From: Malacoraja senta | Taxonomy: Eukaryota | NCBI GenBank assembly: GCA_038087875.1 | Contig: JAXLNO010000264.1 | Coordinates: 62,001 to 126,000, forward strand | Direction of reading: 5' to 3' | Length of the DNA stretch: 64,000 bases | Shown here: one piece after another, positions 24,167-36,758 of the stretch | Layout of the letters: every line of letters begins with the position of its first letter | Position numbering within the stretch: position 1 is the first letter of the stretch | Notes under the pieces: model-generated | What the model was told of the DNA's origin: nothing | The model's database searches: none | What the model saw: only the letters and a program-made list of their open reading frames with translations | Program-made: the position numbers and the translations under genes

Positions 24167-24477
24167 ACCAACCACTCCCCGGGACATCTCGACTGGAACT
24201 TTGCATCGATTCTCAGAAGCATATCCCGGCTCCAAAAACGAGCCCGCATCGAACTGCCTTCGGCTTCGGGAAGGTACCTCACCTCACCCCCCACTTCACC
24301 CGGCGTTAAGGAGAAGACTACCGCTTGCTGGGGACTTCCACAGTCAATCTCCCGTTGCCAAGAGAGCCGGGTTCAGCGATGAATTACAAATGCAAACGCG
24401 ACGCCCAGAAGCTAAATGCGGATCCCAATGTCTTTCATCTGGGAAGAATTAATCTTTTGAAAACAGAGTCAGTAATA

Positions 24478-24912
24478 GAATCATACACCAGGGAACCCAA
24501 CTGGTCCATGTCAACCAAGATGTCCCGTCTAAGCTAGTCCCATTTGCCAAAGTTTGGCCCATATGCCTTTAAACCTCTCCTATCCATGTAACAATCCAGT
24601 ATATTTTAAATTCTGTATGAGTACCTGCCTCAACTACATCCTCTGGCAGCTCATTCCATATACCCTCCACCTCTAGAGTGAAAAGTCCCCTTTTAGATTC
24701 CTATTAAATCTTTCTCCTCTCATCTTAAACCCATGACCTCTGGTTCTTGATTCCCCTATCCTGCGTAAAAGCCTTGCATTAACCCTATCTAACCCACTCA
24801 TGATTTTGTACTGCCCTATAAGATCATCCGTGAGCCCCCTGGACTCCAAGGAATAAAGTCCTAGCCTGGTTAATCTCTCCCTATAGCTCAAGCTCCTGGC
24901 AAACATCCTTGT
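24478..24912 (-). mobile_element. CR1 3' fragment in or near the gene A 3' UTR
   Basis: Minus ORF LSYRERLTRLGLYSLESR...ESRTRGHGFKMRGERFNRNL. Confidence 0.85.
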
Positions 24913-25117
24913 AGATGGCAATATTCTCGTAAAAATTGTTTAAAGGTGATGAGGCCTGGGTGATAAATTCCATATCTCCCTTCAATCTTTTAGTGCAATA
25001 GAGAGAAAATAAATCTACTAAAATCTTAAAGAACAGTCTCACATCAATCATGCAGCATTCCAATAACCCCAAGCATTGAGTACAATGGTTGACTGATCTA
25101 TTGAGAATTCCCAGCAT

Positions 25118-25325
25118 TTTGAATTGAATTGAATACATTTTATTAGCCAAGTATGTATACATACAAGGAAATTGCCTTGGTTCTTTGCTCGTAAGGATAA
25201 CAACACGATATACAGTAGACAATTAAAAATAAAACATAATTTAAACATGTGAACAATAAAATAAAATACCAGAGCAAAAGGAGGTTACAGACGTTTGGCT
25301 GTTGAGTAGAGCTACTGCTCTGCTA
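25118..25325 (-). mobile_element. LINE 3'-UTR fragment with (TTCAA)n tail
   Basis: ttgaattgaattgaatacattttattagcc...: minus strand gives aataaa followed by a short tandem tail. Confidence 0.45.
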
Positions 25326-26210
25326 ATCTCAATTTCAATAAATATTCTTATCAATTGCTTGACATTCTACTGACCATTTCTTCAGCATCACATTATGGAC
25401 ATCAGTTGTTCAAAATAAAATGGAGAATGTGAAGAGATGGTGACACACCGCACTCCCGATGAAAGATTACAACTTATTACAAAATTATCTACAAAGAGCT
25501 AATGCAGATCTTGGGTCTTAAAATGGAAGCATCTTTGTTAATTTTGGTTGTGAACCGTTTGTGCATCAATAGAAGAGTTGAGATACAATCAGTTCCATTA
25601 TACCGACTGCACAATAGAATCAGTACTTTTTGAATGCATGAAATATTTGTAGCAAATAATGTCACAGAACAAAATTGATTTGACCTAATAGCTATAGCAC
25701 TGAAATGTATATATGATCAATAGGTAGGGAATTAAGTACTCCAGAGACAAGGACAGGGCAGATTTGAACACAGGTAAAGAAGTAGACTTCACAATGGAAA
25801 ACAACATGAGAGTAGCAGAGAAGAATGATCTTGACCTGGTGGAAAAGGATAAAGCATCAACACAGATAGAGGCAGTAGACAACAGGGATGCTAAAGTGGA
25901 GGCACTAGAAAACGTGAATGCTAAAATCTTGAGCAAAAACACAAAGTGCTGCAAGAACTCAGTGGGTCAGGCAGCATCTGTGGAGGGAATGGACAGGCAA
26001 CGTTTTGGGTCGGGACACTCCTTCAGACTGATTGAAGCATTTGCTGGAGTGATTCACGGCACCCTGAAACATAATTAGAACATTTATGGCACAAAAATAG
26101 TATCTTTGGCCCACAATAGCTCTGCCAACATGATGCCAAATAAATTGGAGAGCGAAATAATCAAGAAATAATCAACATATAGGAAATATGAAACAGATAA
26201 TACAACACAG

Positions 26211-26545
26211 GCATGGTGATGTAGCTCATAGAGCGGCTACCTCACACCACCAGACACCCAGGTTTGATGCTGACATCGGGTGCTGCCTATGTGGAGTTTG
26301 CATGTTTTCCCAGTGACTGCATGGATTTCCTTCAAGTGCTCCATTTCCTCCCACATCCAAAGGATGTGTCGGTTTGTCCGCTAATTGGGCTCTGTAAATT
26401 GCCCCCTAGTGTGACGGAGAGTGAAGTGAGTGAATGAGAAACTGAGACAACATGGAACTAGTGTGTACGGATAATCGATGATCGGTATGGACTTGGTGGG
26501 CTGAGAGGCCCGCCTCCATGCTGTATCTTTCATTCAATCAATCAA
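26211..26545 (+). mobile_element. HE1-type SINE, degenerate
   Basis: ggagtttgcatgttttcccagtgactgcatgg...ctgtatctttcattcaatcaatc. Confidence 0.75.
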
Positions 26546-28317
26546 TGGGATTGATGGACATGGGGTCTGTAGTGGGTCCTAAGCTGTTTGCGATACATGC
26601 TAATAAATTGGACGAAAAGACAAGAGAACTTCACAAAACCGTGAAGAGAGTGTCGACAACACAAGAGAACAGAACAGACCAGAACAGGACCACTTGCCGC
26701 CTTGAGCCTACCCTCCCCCCCCCCCCACCCCCACAATTAAAATGATTACAGCTGATCTGCCTCAGGTTTCATCTCCTTCTCTCTGTCAGTTCTTCATCCA
26801 TTCACCAATCTTTCAATAATTGATCTACCCCATTAAATATATCAAATAAGGCAGCTCCTCAACCCTCCACCCTATGCAAAAATAATTCTTTTGTGTTTCA
26901 GGTTTAAATAGTCACCTCTAATTTTGTATCAGTAACCCATTGTTAGTTTAAAAAACACAGTTTGGAAACAGACCCTTCAGCCTACCAAGTCCATGACGAC
27001 CATCGATCAACAGGCCAACTCTCTCATTCGAGGAATCTAGACTGCTTCAATGCCAATAAATTCATCTTCCGGTAAGGGGATCAAAACTACGCCCAGGTGT
27101 GGCCTCACCACCAACCTGGACAAATTGTAAAATACCTCTCAATTTTCAAACTCCAAATCTCTCACAATTGAGGCCAATATCTATCCACCTACTAACTTGT
27201 GATTTGTGCACAAGAATACAGGATCCGTGTGCACTTCACTCATCTGCAGTCTTTCTCCATTTAATTAAAAGTCCTCCTTTAGATTCCTCATAATCAAGGT
27301 CCCAAGGCTTCTTCACAATCAGATCATTGCCACTGTTCTGTTACAGACCCTTTCCTCTTTTGAATTGGTTTTAAACAAGGTTAGGGCCGATCTTCCATTG
27401 CCCCCAAATGTCTGCCTTCCTCCCACTGTATCCCATCATTTGTTCCAACATGGTCTCAGTCAGGTCTTCAGCTGGAGGTCCACCTCCGGAACTTTATTTA
27501 AATGCAAATGTTGGAAACTGAAGCAAAAAGAGAAATGCTGCAAGAAATCAGCAAGTTAACGATGCAGTTGAAGCTGGTTTCACTTTCCACAGATGCTGCT
27601 TGACTGACTGAGCTCTTCCAGCATTTCTGTGATGGAACACAAGGATTGGCTCAGCGCAGAGAGCAGGCTGCACTCAGCATGCCAAGTGATCTATCAGAAT
27701 GATCTATCAGTCCCATGCTCCCTCTTCTGGTTCTGGGATTGATTGATTGAAAGATACAGCATGGAAATATGTATCAAGTCCAGGCCGATTATCGATCACC
27801 CATTCACAGTAGTTTATTATTGTCACGTGTACCAAGGTACAGCAAAGGAGTGAAGGTACAGTAAAGATACAGTACAAGGTGTCTGTAGAAGGGGTTTGAC
27901 CCGAAACCTCACCTATCCATGGTCTCCAGAGATACTGCCTGACCAGCTGAATAACTCCAGCACTTTGTGTCTTTTTTTTTGTAAACCAGCATCTGCAGTT
28001 CCTTGTGTGTACAATAAATGATAGTCCCCAGTGGTGTTACTATAGGTCAAATTAAATAATACAATAAAACATGGGGACTATTAAGTAACGGAATAGTAAG
28101 ATTAAACGAGAACTTACCAGTTTGAAGTTTGATCTTTATTTTATGAGGAGTTACGTTGGTGATTACGTGAAGAACCCCGTCAGGGCGCATGCGCGTCAAT
28201 CTTCAAAGCAGCGTATGAAATCACAGACAACACCATAATTGAAGTAACATATTAAGATGATCAACATGAGAACTACAATTATGACCTTTTTTCTATGAGA
28301 GGGTTGGGCGTGGCGGG

Positions 28318-28429
28318 CACGTAATCACCAACGTAACTCCTCATAAAATAAAGATGAAACTTCAAACTGGTAAGTTCTCGTTTAATCTTACTATTTTACT
28401 TCGGAGTCACGTGAGTGACTACGTGAAGA
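28318..28429. repeat. DIRS internal complementary region (ICR)
   Basis: 28318-28395 is the reverse complement of 28092-28169 (1 mismatch); 28393-28429 is the reverse complement of 32852-32888. Confidence 0.93.
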
Positions 28430-28689
28430 TTTTAAAGCTCTGTGATTTTTATGCCGCAGATCAAAATCCCGGCTTCTCACTGCATCGATTGACTCTGAGT
28501 ATCATCAATAATGCTGTAAACATGACATTGCATATCATGCAAAAACAAAACAGTTTTATTTTTGGTCATAAAACAACCAATAAACCCTCTAATGTAGGGC
28601 AACAAACGAAACAGAATGAAACAGTATTGAAAACATACTTTAAACAATAGCAACAGCACTCAATATTGAGTTGGCAAACAGCCCTCCAT

Positions 28690-29620
28690 CGGCAATCGGC
28701 CGATGGTAGTATTGCTGAAACACAAGTTCATTTTTCCAACCTGCGGCTTTTAATATATGGTCGATGGGAACGTCCATCGCCCCTGGTCGCGGATGTTGCT
28801 ACTGCGCTAGTGGAATGAGATGTAAACACATAAATGTTAATTCCTGCCTGAACCAACTCTTGCTTTAACCACCTTGAGATAGTCTGAACTGCCACTCTTT
28901 TATGTTGGCTTCTTGTAACTGAGAAATAATCCTGTTTCTTCTTGTCTTAAAGCCCTTGTGGCTTCAATGTAATGTAACAAATGTGTCCTTACACATAAAC
29001 ATGGAGCTGTAGGATATGCTGAGAACACAATCTTAAAACCTGTCACACCTGGCCTGCTTTGTTTGAGCAGGTCAGAAATATAAAACAGAACATTCTCTGT
29101 ATTCACTTCCATTCTCTCAAACTGAAGTTTTTGGAAAGTCTGCACTCTCTGTACTGACACCAATGCCATTAGCATAGCCAATTTCATGGTTAATTTTAAC
29201 AAAGTTATAGACGTGACAGGGACCCAATGACGAAGTATGTTACGAACAACACTTACCTCGCAGATTACCATATACCTAGGCTTAGGCGGTTTGGAATTAA
29301 AGATTCCTTTCATCAACCTAGATACGAGAGGGTGAGAACCTATACTTTGTGTCCGTGTACCTATTACAAGATATGCCGACCAAGCACTTCTAGCTGTATT
29401 GATAACAGTATAGCTAAGACCCTCATCATAATAAAGTGTAGATAAACTCTAACACATTTTCAATAACTACAGTATCATATTGAATATTCTTTTGAACACA
29501 ATATTGTTCCCATTTTTTTTTTTTTTTCATAAGTCATATACTGTTTTTGAGTACTGTTTCTCCAGGCTGCAGTGAGTATATCCACCGTTGGCCTAGAAAG
29601 TCCTCGACCAATGTAAGGCA
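28690..29620 (-). pseudogene. DIRS tyrosine recombinase, frameshifted
   Basis: MKGIFNSKPPKPRY...KLAMLMALVSVQRVQ...LKQSRPG...LCV; then FTSHSTSAVATS (HSTR box altered) and IDHILKAAGWKNELVFQQYY. Confidence 0.85.
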
Positions 29621-29639
29621 TTCTTAAAACCTGCAAATT

Positions 29640-31321
29640 AACAGATCCATACCATCACATAACGGATGAACTTAATGCGTTACTGGATGGTCCAGCAAAT
29701 TCCTACTGTTTGGAATCAGCAAAAAGAGGTTGGATCGCTATCTGTAACATCAAAGGGAACCATGGTTGAATCAGGCAATTTGGTATCACCAAAACCCCTG
29801 AAGCGGCATCCTGCTTGATTTTCTCAAACACCGACCTATGAGGCAGAATGGTGGGAAAATGTACACAAACATATCATCCCAATTTAGTGAAACAGCATCA
29901 ATTGCCACTGCCCCTGGATCTGGTGCCTATGAAACATATTTTGGCCTTCCATATAGAAGTACTATGTTCTTGAACACATCCTGGTTCCACATCCACTCTG
30001 TGTTATGATGGAATTTTCATGAGCTGCCATCTGGTACTACATTAAGTTTCCCTGGCAGATAGATAGCTCAATCCAAATCTCTCTATCCCTACTACAGGTC
30101 CAATTGTATTTGCCAACCTGTCACATGATAACGATTTGATTCCACCCATGTGATTCATATCAGCAACTGCTGTAGTGTTGTCTATTTTGCACTGCACATG
30201 CAAACTAGTTTAGTTAGTGCCATAAGCCTCGAGTCCATAAAATACTCTTGGTTAATTCCCCATGTTTGCAGAAGCAATGTTCATCTGTCTCCACCGCTGG
30301 ATCTTGTATCAGTAGCACCCTACCCAAGTGCTCTGACATCTGTCTGCAAATCATGGAAGCTTGGTCCAATAACACTTTGGAACTACTAGTGGACACATGC
30401 TGAATCCACCATTGTACATCAGCAACAGCCTCTATTGATAGAAGCATAGGTCTATTATAATGACCCCAATGTATCCTCAATGCTTGTTCCTTTGACCTTT
30501 GTAATTGTAGATAATAAAGTGGCCATATTGAACTGCTGGAAATGCTGCCAGCCATTACCACAGCAGACTTGTCACCTGGCTAATTGAAGGCTGTGTGTCA
30601 GCAATTAACTTGATATAGCTCTTAATTAGCTCTACCCTTTTTTGCCTGGGCAAGGTCACAATGATGTTGATTAAGTCCATTGTGAACCCAACTAGTCAAT
30701 TTGTGTCACAGGTATAAATTTAGATTTCTCTGGATAGCTTATAAAGCCCAATTAAAAATGGTTTTTACCAACTGCCACTGATGCTTCAGCTGTTTCCTTT
30801 GATTGTCCTACAATCAAGATATTATCTAGTTAAGCCATGAGCACATGCCCTTGACTTCTCATCATGCCTAGAATAGGTTTTAACAACTTTGTAATCCCTC
30901 TAGGAGCTGAAGAGAAACCATTAGGCAGTGGATTGTATTGGCATAATTGCCCCATCCAGCTGAATTTAAAATCTTCTAGCCTCCAAATGAACAGACACTG
31001 AATCCGCATCTTTAAGATCTCCTTCATAAACGTTTCCATCTTAAAATGTCTATACCGTACAAAAGGGTTAAGACTATTCAGGTCCATATAATTCTGCATC
31101 CCCCCATCCTTTTTTGGTCTGGGAAAGATATTGGACACAAACTGATGGCTTTGGTAAACTGCCTTAGCAATTACACCTTTATTACATAAGCTTGCAAGTT
31201 CCAGCTGAACTTCCAATTGTTCCTTTTTTGGAACATGTTGCATGGGTAAATCAGAATTTGCATTAAGCTTTGTTCGATGCCCTTGAATAACCTTCAGTAT
31301 AAACATAACTGAGGTAAACAT
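29640..31321 (-). pseudogene. DIRS RT / RNase H / adenine-methyltransferase-like ORF, disrupted
   Basis: FVSNIFPRPKKDGG, HFKMET, DLKDA (shifted frame), LPNGFSSAPR; catalytic YLDD now TAA-CTA-GAT-AAT; PDPGAVAIDA...W...YIFPPF MT-like motif near 29860-29920. Confidence 0.85.
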
Positions 31322-32133
31322 TTAATTGTATCACATTAGATCTGTCTACATGAGAACCAGACCCTCTTACCTCCTTACCACCTGGCATTCTTCCCCGGCC
31401 TTGAGTGGATATCTCACCTCCATGGCGATGCTACAGCCGAACGCCAACTGCGCTGCATCATAGCTGGACTCGTCCCTTGCCCGACCAGTCTGCTCCCTTA
31501 TAGGGATACTTCCGCTTTGGTGAATATGTGGCTGCTGTCTTAGCCTCCTCCTCCAGCTCCTTCACCTGCTGTGCGAAATCCTCGCCAAACAGCTGTGCCG
31601 GTTGCACTGTGCCAGGCTGGCAGGGTGAAGCATATTTAGCATTGATGGTTGGTCTAATCGCATCTTGCGGAGGCAGTTGATCTCAAAGTGGGCACTCCAC
31701 AATAGCGCCTTTTGTTGTAATTTGTCATGGCCTCTCCATCCACCATCCTAGCAAAGCTCGTTATACCAGATGCCAGCAACTTTAAAAATATGCTGGAGCT
31801 TCACATGCTCCTGGGCTTTCATTAGTATGCCCATCTTGCCCCAATTTCTTCCTGTTCCCAACAGGAACTTTTAACAGTCCACAGTTGATTGGGGCTTCAT
31901 ACTTCGTTACTGTCTCATCCATTGTCAGCTCCTGTAGCTGATGTGAGACTTGGTAATTTATGCTGGTGGCAAGTTCCTCACCCAGAGGCTCACCAGCGAC
32001 CGACGACATGGCAAACCGTGCTGCACACGGTGTCAGCTCTGACAGCTGCCTGCCCTCCCTTTGGAAGTCGTCGGACTCAGGGTCAGAGCGTATCTGCCCT
32101 TCTGCACTCACCTCTTGCAAAGAGGGTGCTTTC

Positions 32134-32373
32134 AAGCAGGCCTCTACTAGGCACTGCCAGCGGAGCCGTCCCCACGGCCTCCCGCCTGCACAACTCCTCC
32201 TGGAGTATGGCTTTATGAAGCAGACCTCTCCTAGGCACTGCCAGCGGAGCCTTACCTATGGCTTCCCGCATGCACTACTCCTCCTGGAGTGTGGCTTTAT
32301 GAAGCAGACCTCTCCTAGGCACTGCCAGCGGAGCCTTCTCTATGGCTTCCCGCCTGCACTACTCCTCCTGGAG
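32134..32373. repeat. 84-bp tandem repeat, about 2.9 copies, in the DIRS gag region
   Basis: Units start at 32134, 32218 and 32302 (aagcagacctctcctaggcactgccagcggagcc...). Confidence 0.92.
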
Positions 32374-32993
32374 CGTCTCTGTGGAGCAGCCCCTGTATGA
32401 GCTGCTCCTTTTGGATAACCGCTGGGGAACGGTATCCTGTCCCTGACGGGACTCTCGTGGCCCGACTCTGTGGAGTCTATAGCCCTGACAGACTTAGTTT
32501 ATGCCTACCGCCCGACTGGCGTTGGCTGTGTACCCGGCTGGGCACTTTGGCAAGTCTGTCGCCGCACCGCTACCGGCTTGCGACTCCCCCGAGGTGACAG
32601 GCTGCCTTTCAGAGACTGCGCTCCCGCAGCTCTCTCTCTCCTTGTCGGCAGCAGCCTGCACCTTTTCCTTGTTCCTGTATGTGGGGGACAAAACACACAG
32701 AAACACTTTCTTTACTTTTCTCTAACTTCTCCAAAGTCTCCCCGACTTTGGTGGAGCTGTAATTACTCACCTTGGAGGAGGAGCTCCGTGCTCCTGCTGC
32801 CGTTGTCGCCAATGCGTCAGACGTAATGACGCGCATGCGCCCTGACGGGGTTCTTCACGTAGTCACTCACGTGACTCCGAAGTAAAATCATCGTTAAAAA
32901 TCTCTACACTCTTCTAAAATTGAACACAATACTTTAGATCAGATCTGACTAAGGCTGAAGAATACAAAAAGCTGGAATAACTCAATAGGTCAG

Positions 32994-34731
32994 TGAACAA
33001 CTGTCTGATCACTGAGGACCAGGCGAAAGCAGAAGCTCTTGCAAACCAATTCCAACACGTTTTCACCCGGGAAGATATGGAGCCTTCATCATTTCCAGTT
33101 CTACCGCCCAGCCCGTATGCTGATATGCCTGCTATTAAAATTGAGGTTGAAGGTGTCAAGAAGTTATTCCTCAACATCAATACCACAAAAGCAATTGGAC
33201 CAGATCAGATACAGAATCAAGCCCTCAAGATCGCAGCCGAAGAACTGGCTCCAGTTTTGCAGTTCATTTTCCAACAATCGCTTGACTCAGGTGAAGTTCC
33301 GCTGGATTGGAGGAAGGCTAACATCACTCCTCTCTTTAAGAAAGGTTCAACCACCAACCCAGCGAATTATCGTCCTGTTTCATTAACAAGTACTTGCTGC
33401 AAATTACTGGAGCATGTAATTGATAGTAATCTGATGCGACACGTGAGCAAACATAATATTCTTGCTGACAACCAACATGCATTTAGGAGGCATAGATCAT
33501 GTGAGTCTCAGCTTATCCTGACTACAAATGACCTGGCCAAACATCTTGATGGTAATGTCATCACGGATTTAGTAGTGCTGGACTTTTCTAAAGCATTTGA
33601 TGTCATCCCACACCAGAGACTGCTTCGGAAGCTTGACTTCTATGGTATTCGTTCCAACACGAAACGATGGATTTCCAGTTTCCTGACAAAACGTCTTCAG
33701 CGTGTGTGTGTGAACGGAAAGAGCTCCAATTGGCATCCAGTGTTGAGTGGTACACCTCAGGGCACAGTACTTGGCCCACATCTGTTTTTGCTTTACATAA
33801 ACGACATCCATGAAAAAGTCGCAAGCACGACCAGACTATTCGCTGATGATTGTTTGCTGTACCGTCCAATTAAGTCAGCTGATGATGAAGATGCTCTCCA
33901 AAAGGACCTCGATACAATGGTTGAGTGGTCACACCAATGGGGCATGCAGTTCAACCCTTCCAAATGTGAAACCATGCGTGTCACCAGAAAGAGGAATCCA
34001 GGCAAAACATCGTACAATGTACTTGGTACCATCCTTGAAGAATCCAAACAAACCAAGTATCTTGGCATCAAATTGCAGAATGATCTGCGTTGGAATGGTC
34101 AGACTCATCATGCAACGGTGAAAGCAACAGGTGTCCTAAATTTTCTGAGGCGCAACTTTCATCATTGTTCAACTTCTGTCAAGGAGAAGCTATACTTCAC
34201 CCTCGTTAGACCTCATTTGGACTACGCAGTTGCAGCATGGGACCCATACACAAATAAAAACATTTCTTCCATCGAACGTGTCCAAAGACAGGCAGCTCGA
34301 TTTGTTACTAACACCTATGAGAGAGAAGCGAGTGTTACCAAACTTCTGAATTCTCTGGGGTGGAACCCTCTCCAAGACAGACGTGAAGCTCACCGTTTGA
34401 CCTGTTTTTACAAAATGTTAAATGGTCAGCTCAACATAGATTACAAGACCTACACTAAACCAAACCAATTAGGAGCAGACGAGGACATTCGATCCAATTT
34501 GAGATTCCAGCTACCAAGACAGATGTGTACAGCAATTCATTCTTCCCCCGCACAATTAAAGCATGGAATAATCTTCACCCTACCATAGTTACCCAACCAG
34601 ATGCAACTAAATTTAAGGTAGCTCTTTCTTCCCAAAAACCCTTTCTGGCTTAAGTCCTCCCTCCACCACCTCCAGTTTAAATTCCATTTGGAATATTTTG
34701 GAGGACCAAGAAACCAAGAACCAAGAACCAA
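32994..34731 (+). mobile_element. 5'-truncated CR1-group LINE with nearly intact RT, distinct from resident HER1-type CR1
   Basis: 531-codon ORF: NYRPVSLTS, QHAFR, LDFSKAFD, SGTPQGTVLGP, LFADDCLLY, LVRPHLDYAVAAWDPY. One frameshift near 34460, then SFFPRTIKAWNNL to TAA at 34651-34653; (AACCAAG)n tail at about 34706-34731. Confidence 0.92.
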
Positions 34732-35192
34732 GTACCTCTGGAGAACATGTATAGGAGAACATGAACCTTGTTTCGGGTCAAGACATTGCTTCGGACTCCG
34801 CTCTTCTATTCCTGCTTTCTTCCCTACTCCCCCAACACGATCAGTCTGAAGAACGGTCTCGACCCCAAATGTCACCTATCCATGCTCTCCAGAGTTGATG
34901 CCTGGCCTGCTGAGTTACTCCAGAACTTTGTGTCGTTTTGTGTATTAATCAGTATTTGCAGTTTTTTGTTTCTGCAGCTGAGGAATAACTTTTTTCCCCA
35001 AGGCCATTGGAATAACATTACAATTGCATTTTTATTACATGTTGTTCTTAGTCCTTGTGTATCTGATCTCCAAAGGAGAATGAATTCAATGGCTATTTAT
35101 GCAATACTTTTTCCATTCAATAGTACTTTATTTTCACATGCATCTGAGTGCAGTGAAATTCCTTCTTTGCATACAGTTTAGTAAAAATCCTA

Positions 35193-35390
35193 GATAGACA
35201 CAAACAGCTGGAGTAACTCAGCGGGTCAGACAGCATCTCTGGAGAGAAGGAATGGGTGACGTTTCGGGTTGAGACCCTTCTTCAGACTGGTTAGGGATAA
35301 GGGAAACGAGAGATATAGATGATGATGTAGAGAGATAAAGAACAATGAATGAAAGATATGCAAAAAAGGTAATGATGATAAAGGAAAAAC
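35193..35390 (-). mobile_element. Penelope-derived 3' fragment with hammerhead-like core (35258-35285)
   Basis: Minus strand cagtctgaagaagggtctcaacccgaaacgtcacccattcc. Confidence 0.65.
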
Positions 35391-36758
35391 CCTACTATAC
35401 ATAGGCACAATCATACTTATTTACAAGAGTGTAAGATTACTTGATTAAACTGAGACAGTTCACAAGAGTCATCATGTTTTCGGGCCATTTTGTGATTCAA
35501 GTCCAAAATTGTTAACAATGTCTTAAAGCCTTAATTTGCACTATGTCCATATGGTATCTTAAACAATATCTATACAGTGATGATAAATATAACAATAAAT
35601 ATGAATGATAAACTGCAGAATTGTCAGGATTATATTGCTGAAAGTGTAAAAATATTATGGTACAATTATGGAATAACAGAATGAGGTTGAGTTAAAAGTA
35701 AGAGTATATGGCAGCATATTTCACCCATGGCAGAAGATTCACCCCCTACACATCATGTCAAGGCTCATAAAATAAATATATTTATACATCAAATAATTAT
35801 ATTTTTAACTGGAGTAGTCTCTGCTGCTTGTTTCATTTTTTAAACACCAAAGACTACATCATTCTTATTGTAATATGTGCAGAACTCGGTTATAGCAAGT
35901 ATATATATATATAGTTGTGTTTGTCAAAATTTGTACCAAAGTATTACTTTTCACAGTTTTGAATAGACTCAGCCTCTTATCAAGTAGCATCTAAAGTAGC
36001 AACAGGATGCACTCGACGTGATCAGTTTGCTGAACCACAGGTTTGCATTGTACATAAAAGCACCTGTATACCTAACACCTTTGTTAACACGAGTTATTCA
36101 AGGGGGCTCAGCTTTTAATCTGGGAGATATGATAATGGTAACTCAGCCAAAGGATGATTATGAACATTTGAATAAATCTAAATCTTTGAGTAGTTTCTTT
36201 AGCACTTCTGACTGAATTTAATTAATTGAAAGGTACAGCGTGGAAATAGATCCTAAGGCCCACTGAGTCCACACCCTCCATCGATCACTCATTCACATTT
36301 TCACTCATCACCCATGATGAACCGGGCGGTGTTCAACACTATTTGTGATCTCCTTCGTTCCTGGGCATTCTAGTTGCCGAATCAGGTTGTGATGCAACAA
36401 GTAAATATGCTCTCTATCATACACCTGTAGAAATTAGACACCACTCCAAATACATCTCCAACCAGTAAGCCCTAGTAGAGCTAATCTTAAACAAACAAAC
36501 TGAGTAGCAAACTCTGAACCTTTGACACTGTTTGATCTTGAGATAATGGAAATCTATATATGTTTATGGTCAGGATACCACTTCAATGAAATATAAAAAT
36601 TAGAGGTGATTATTTAACACATTTTCTATGATTTATTACTCAGAGAAACCCATGCAAAAACAAGTCTACCTCACTGGATGATCCGAATCTACTTCAGTTG
36701 CTTCAGAGTCCCATGCATTGTCCCTTCTTCAGACAGTCCTCATTTGAATCAATTAATG

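Larger units (their letters stand above)
28092..32888 (-). mobile_element. DIRS1-type tyrosine-recombinase retrotransposon, structurally complete, coding-dead (4797 bp)
   Basis: Inverted terminal repeats 28164-28198 and 32827-32861; ICR 28318-28429; AAT at both ends; minus-strand remnants of gag, RT, RNase H, methyltransferase-like and YR domains in DIRS order. Confidence 0.93.

Noticed and set aside
25764..26078. 104-aa charged ORF downstream of gene A
   Set aside because: Second half is a PLE-derived repeat; first half is purine-biased with no recognisable domain.
31960..32400. Plus-strand ORF with 28-aa Cys/His repeats
   Set aside because: Antisense reading of the 84-bp tandem repeat in the DIRS gag region.
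32993..34588. Stand-alone RT as a domesticated gene, or as part of the adjacent DIRS
   Set aside because: 5'-truncated, no proper start context, frameshifted C-terminus, tandem-repeat tail, opposite strand and outside the DIRS termini; it is a LINE insertion.
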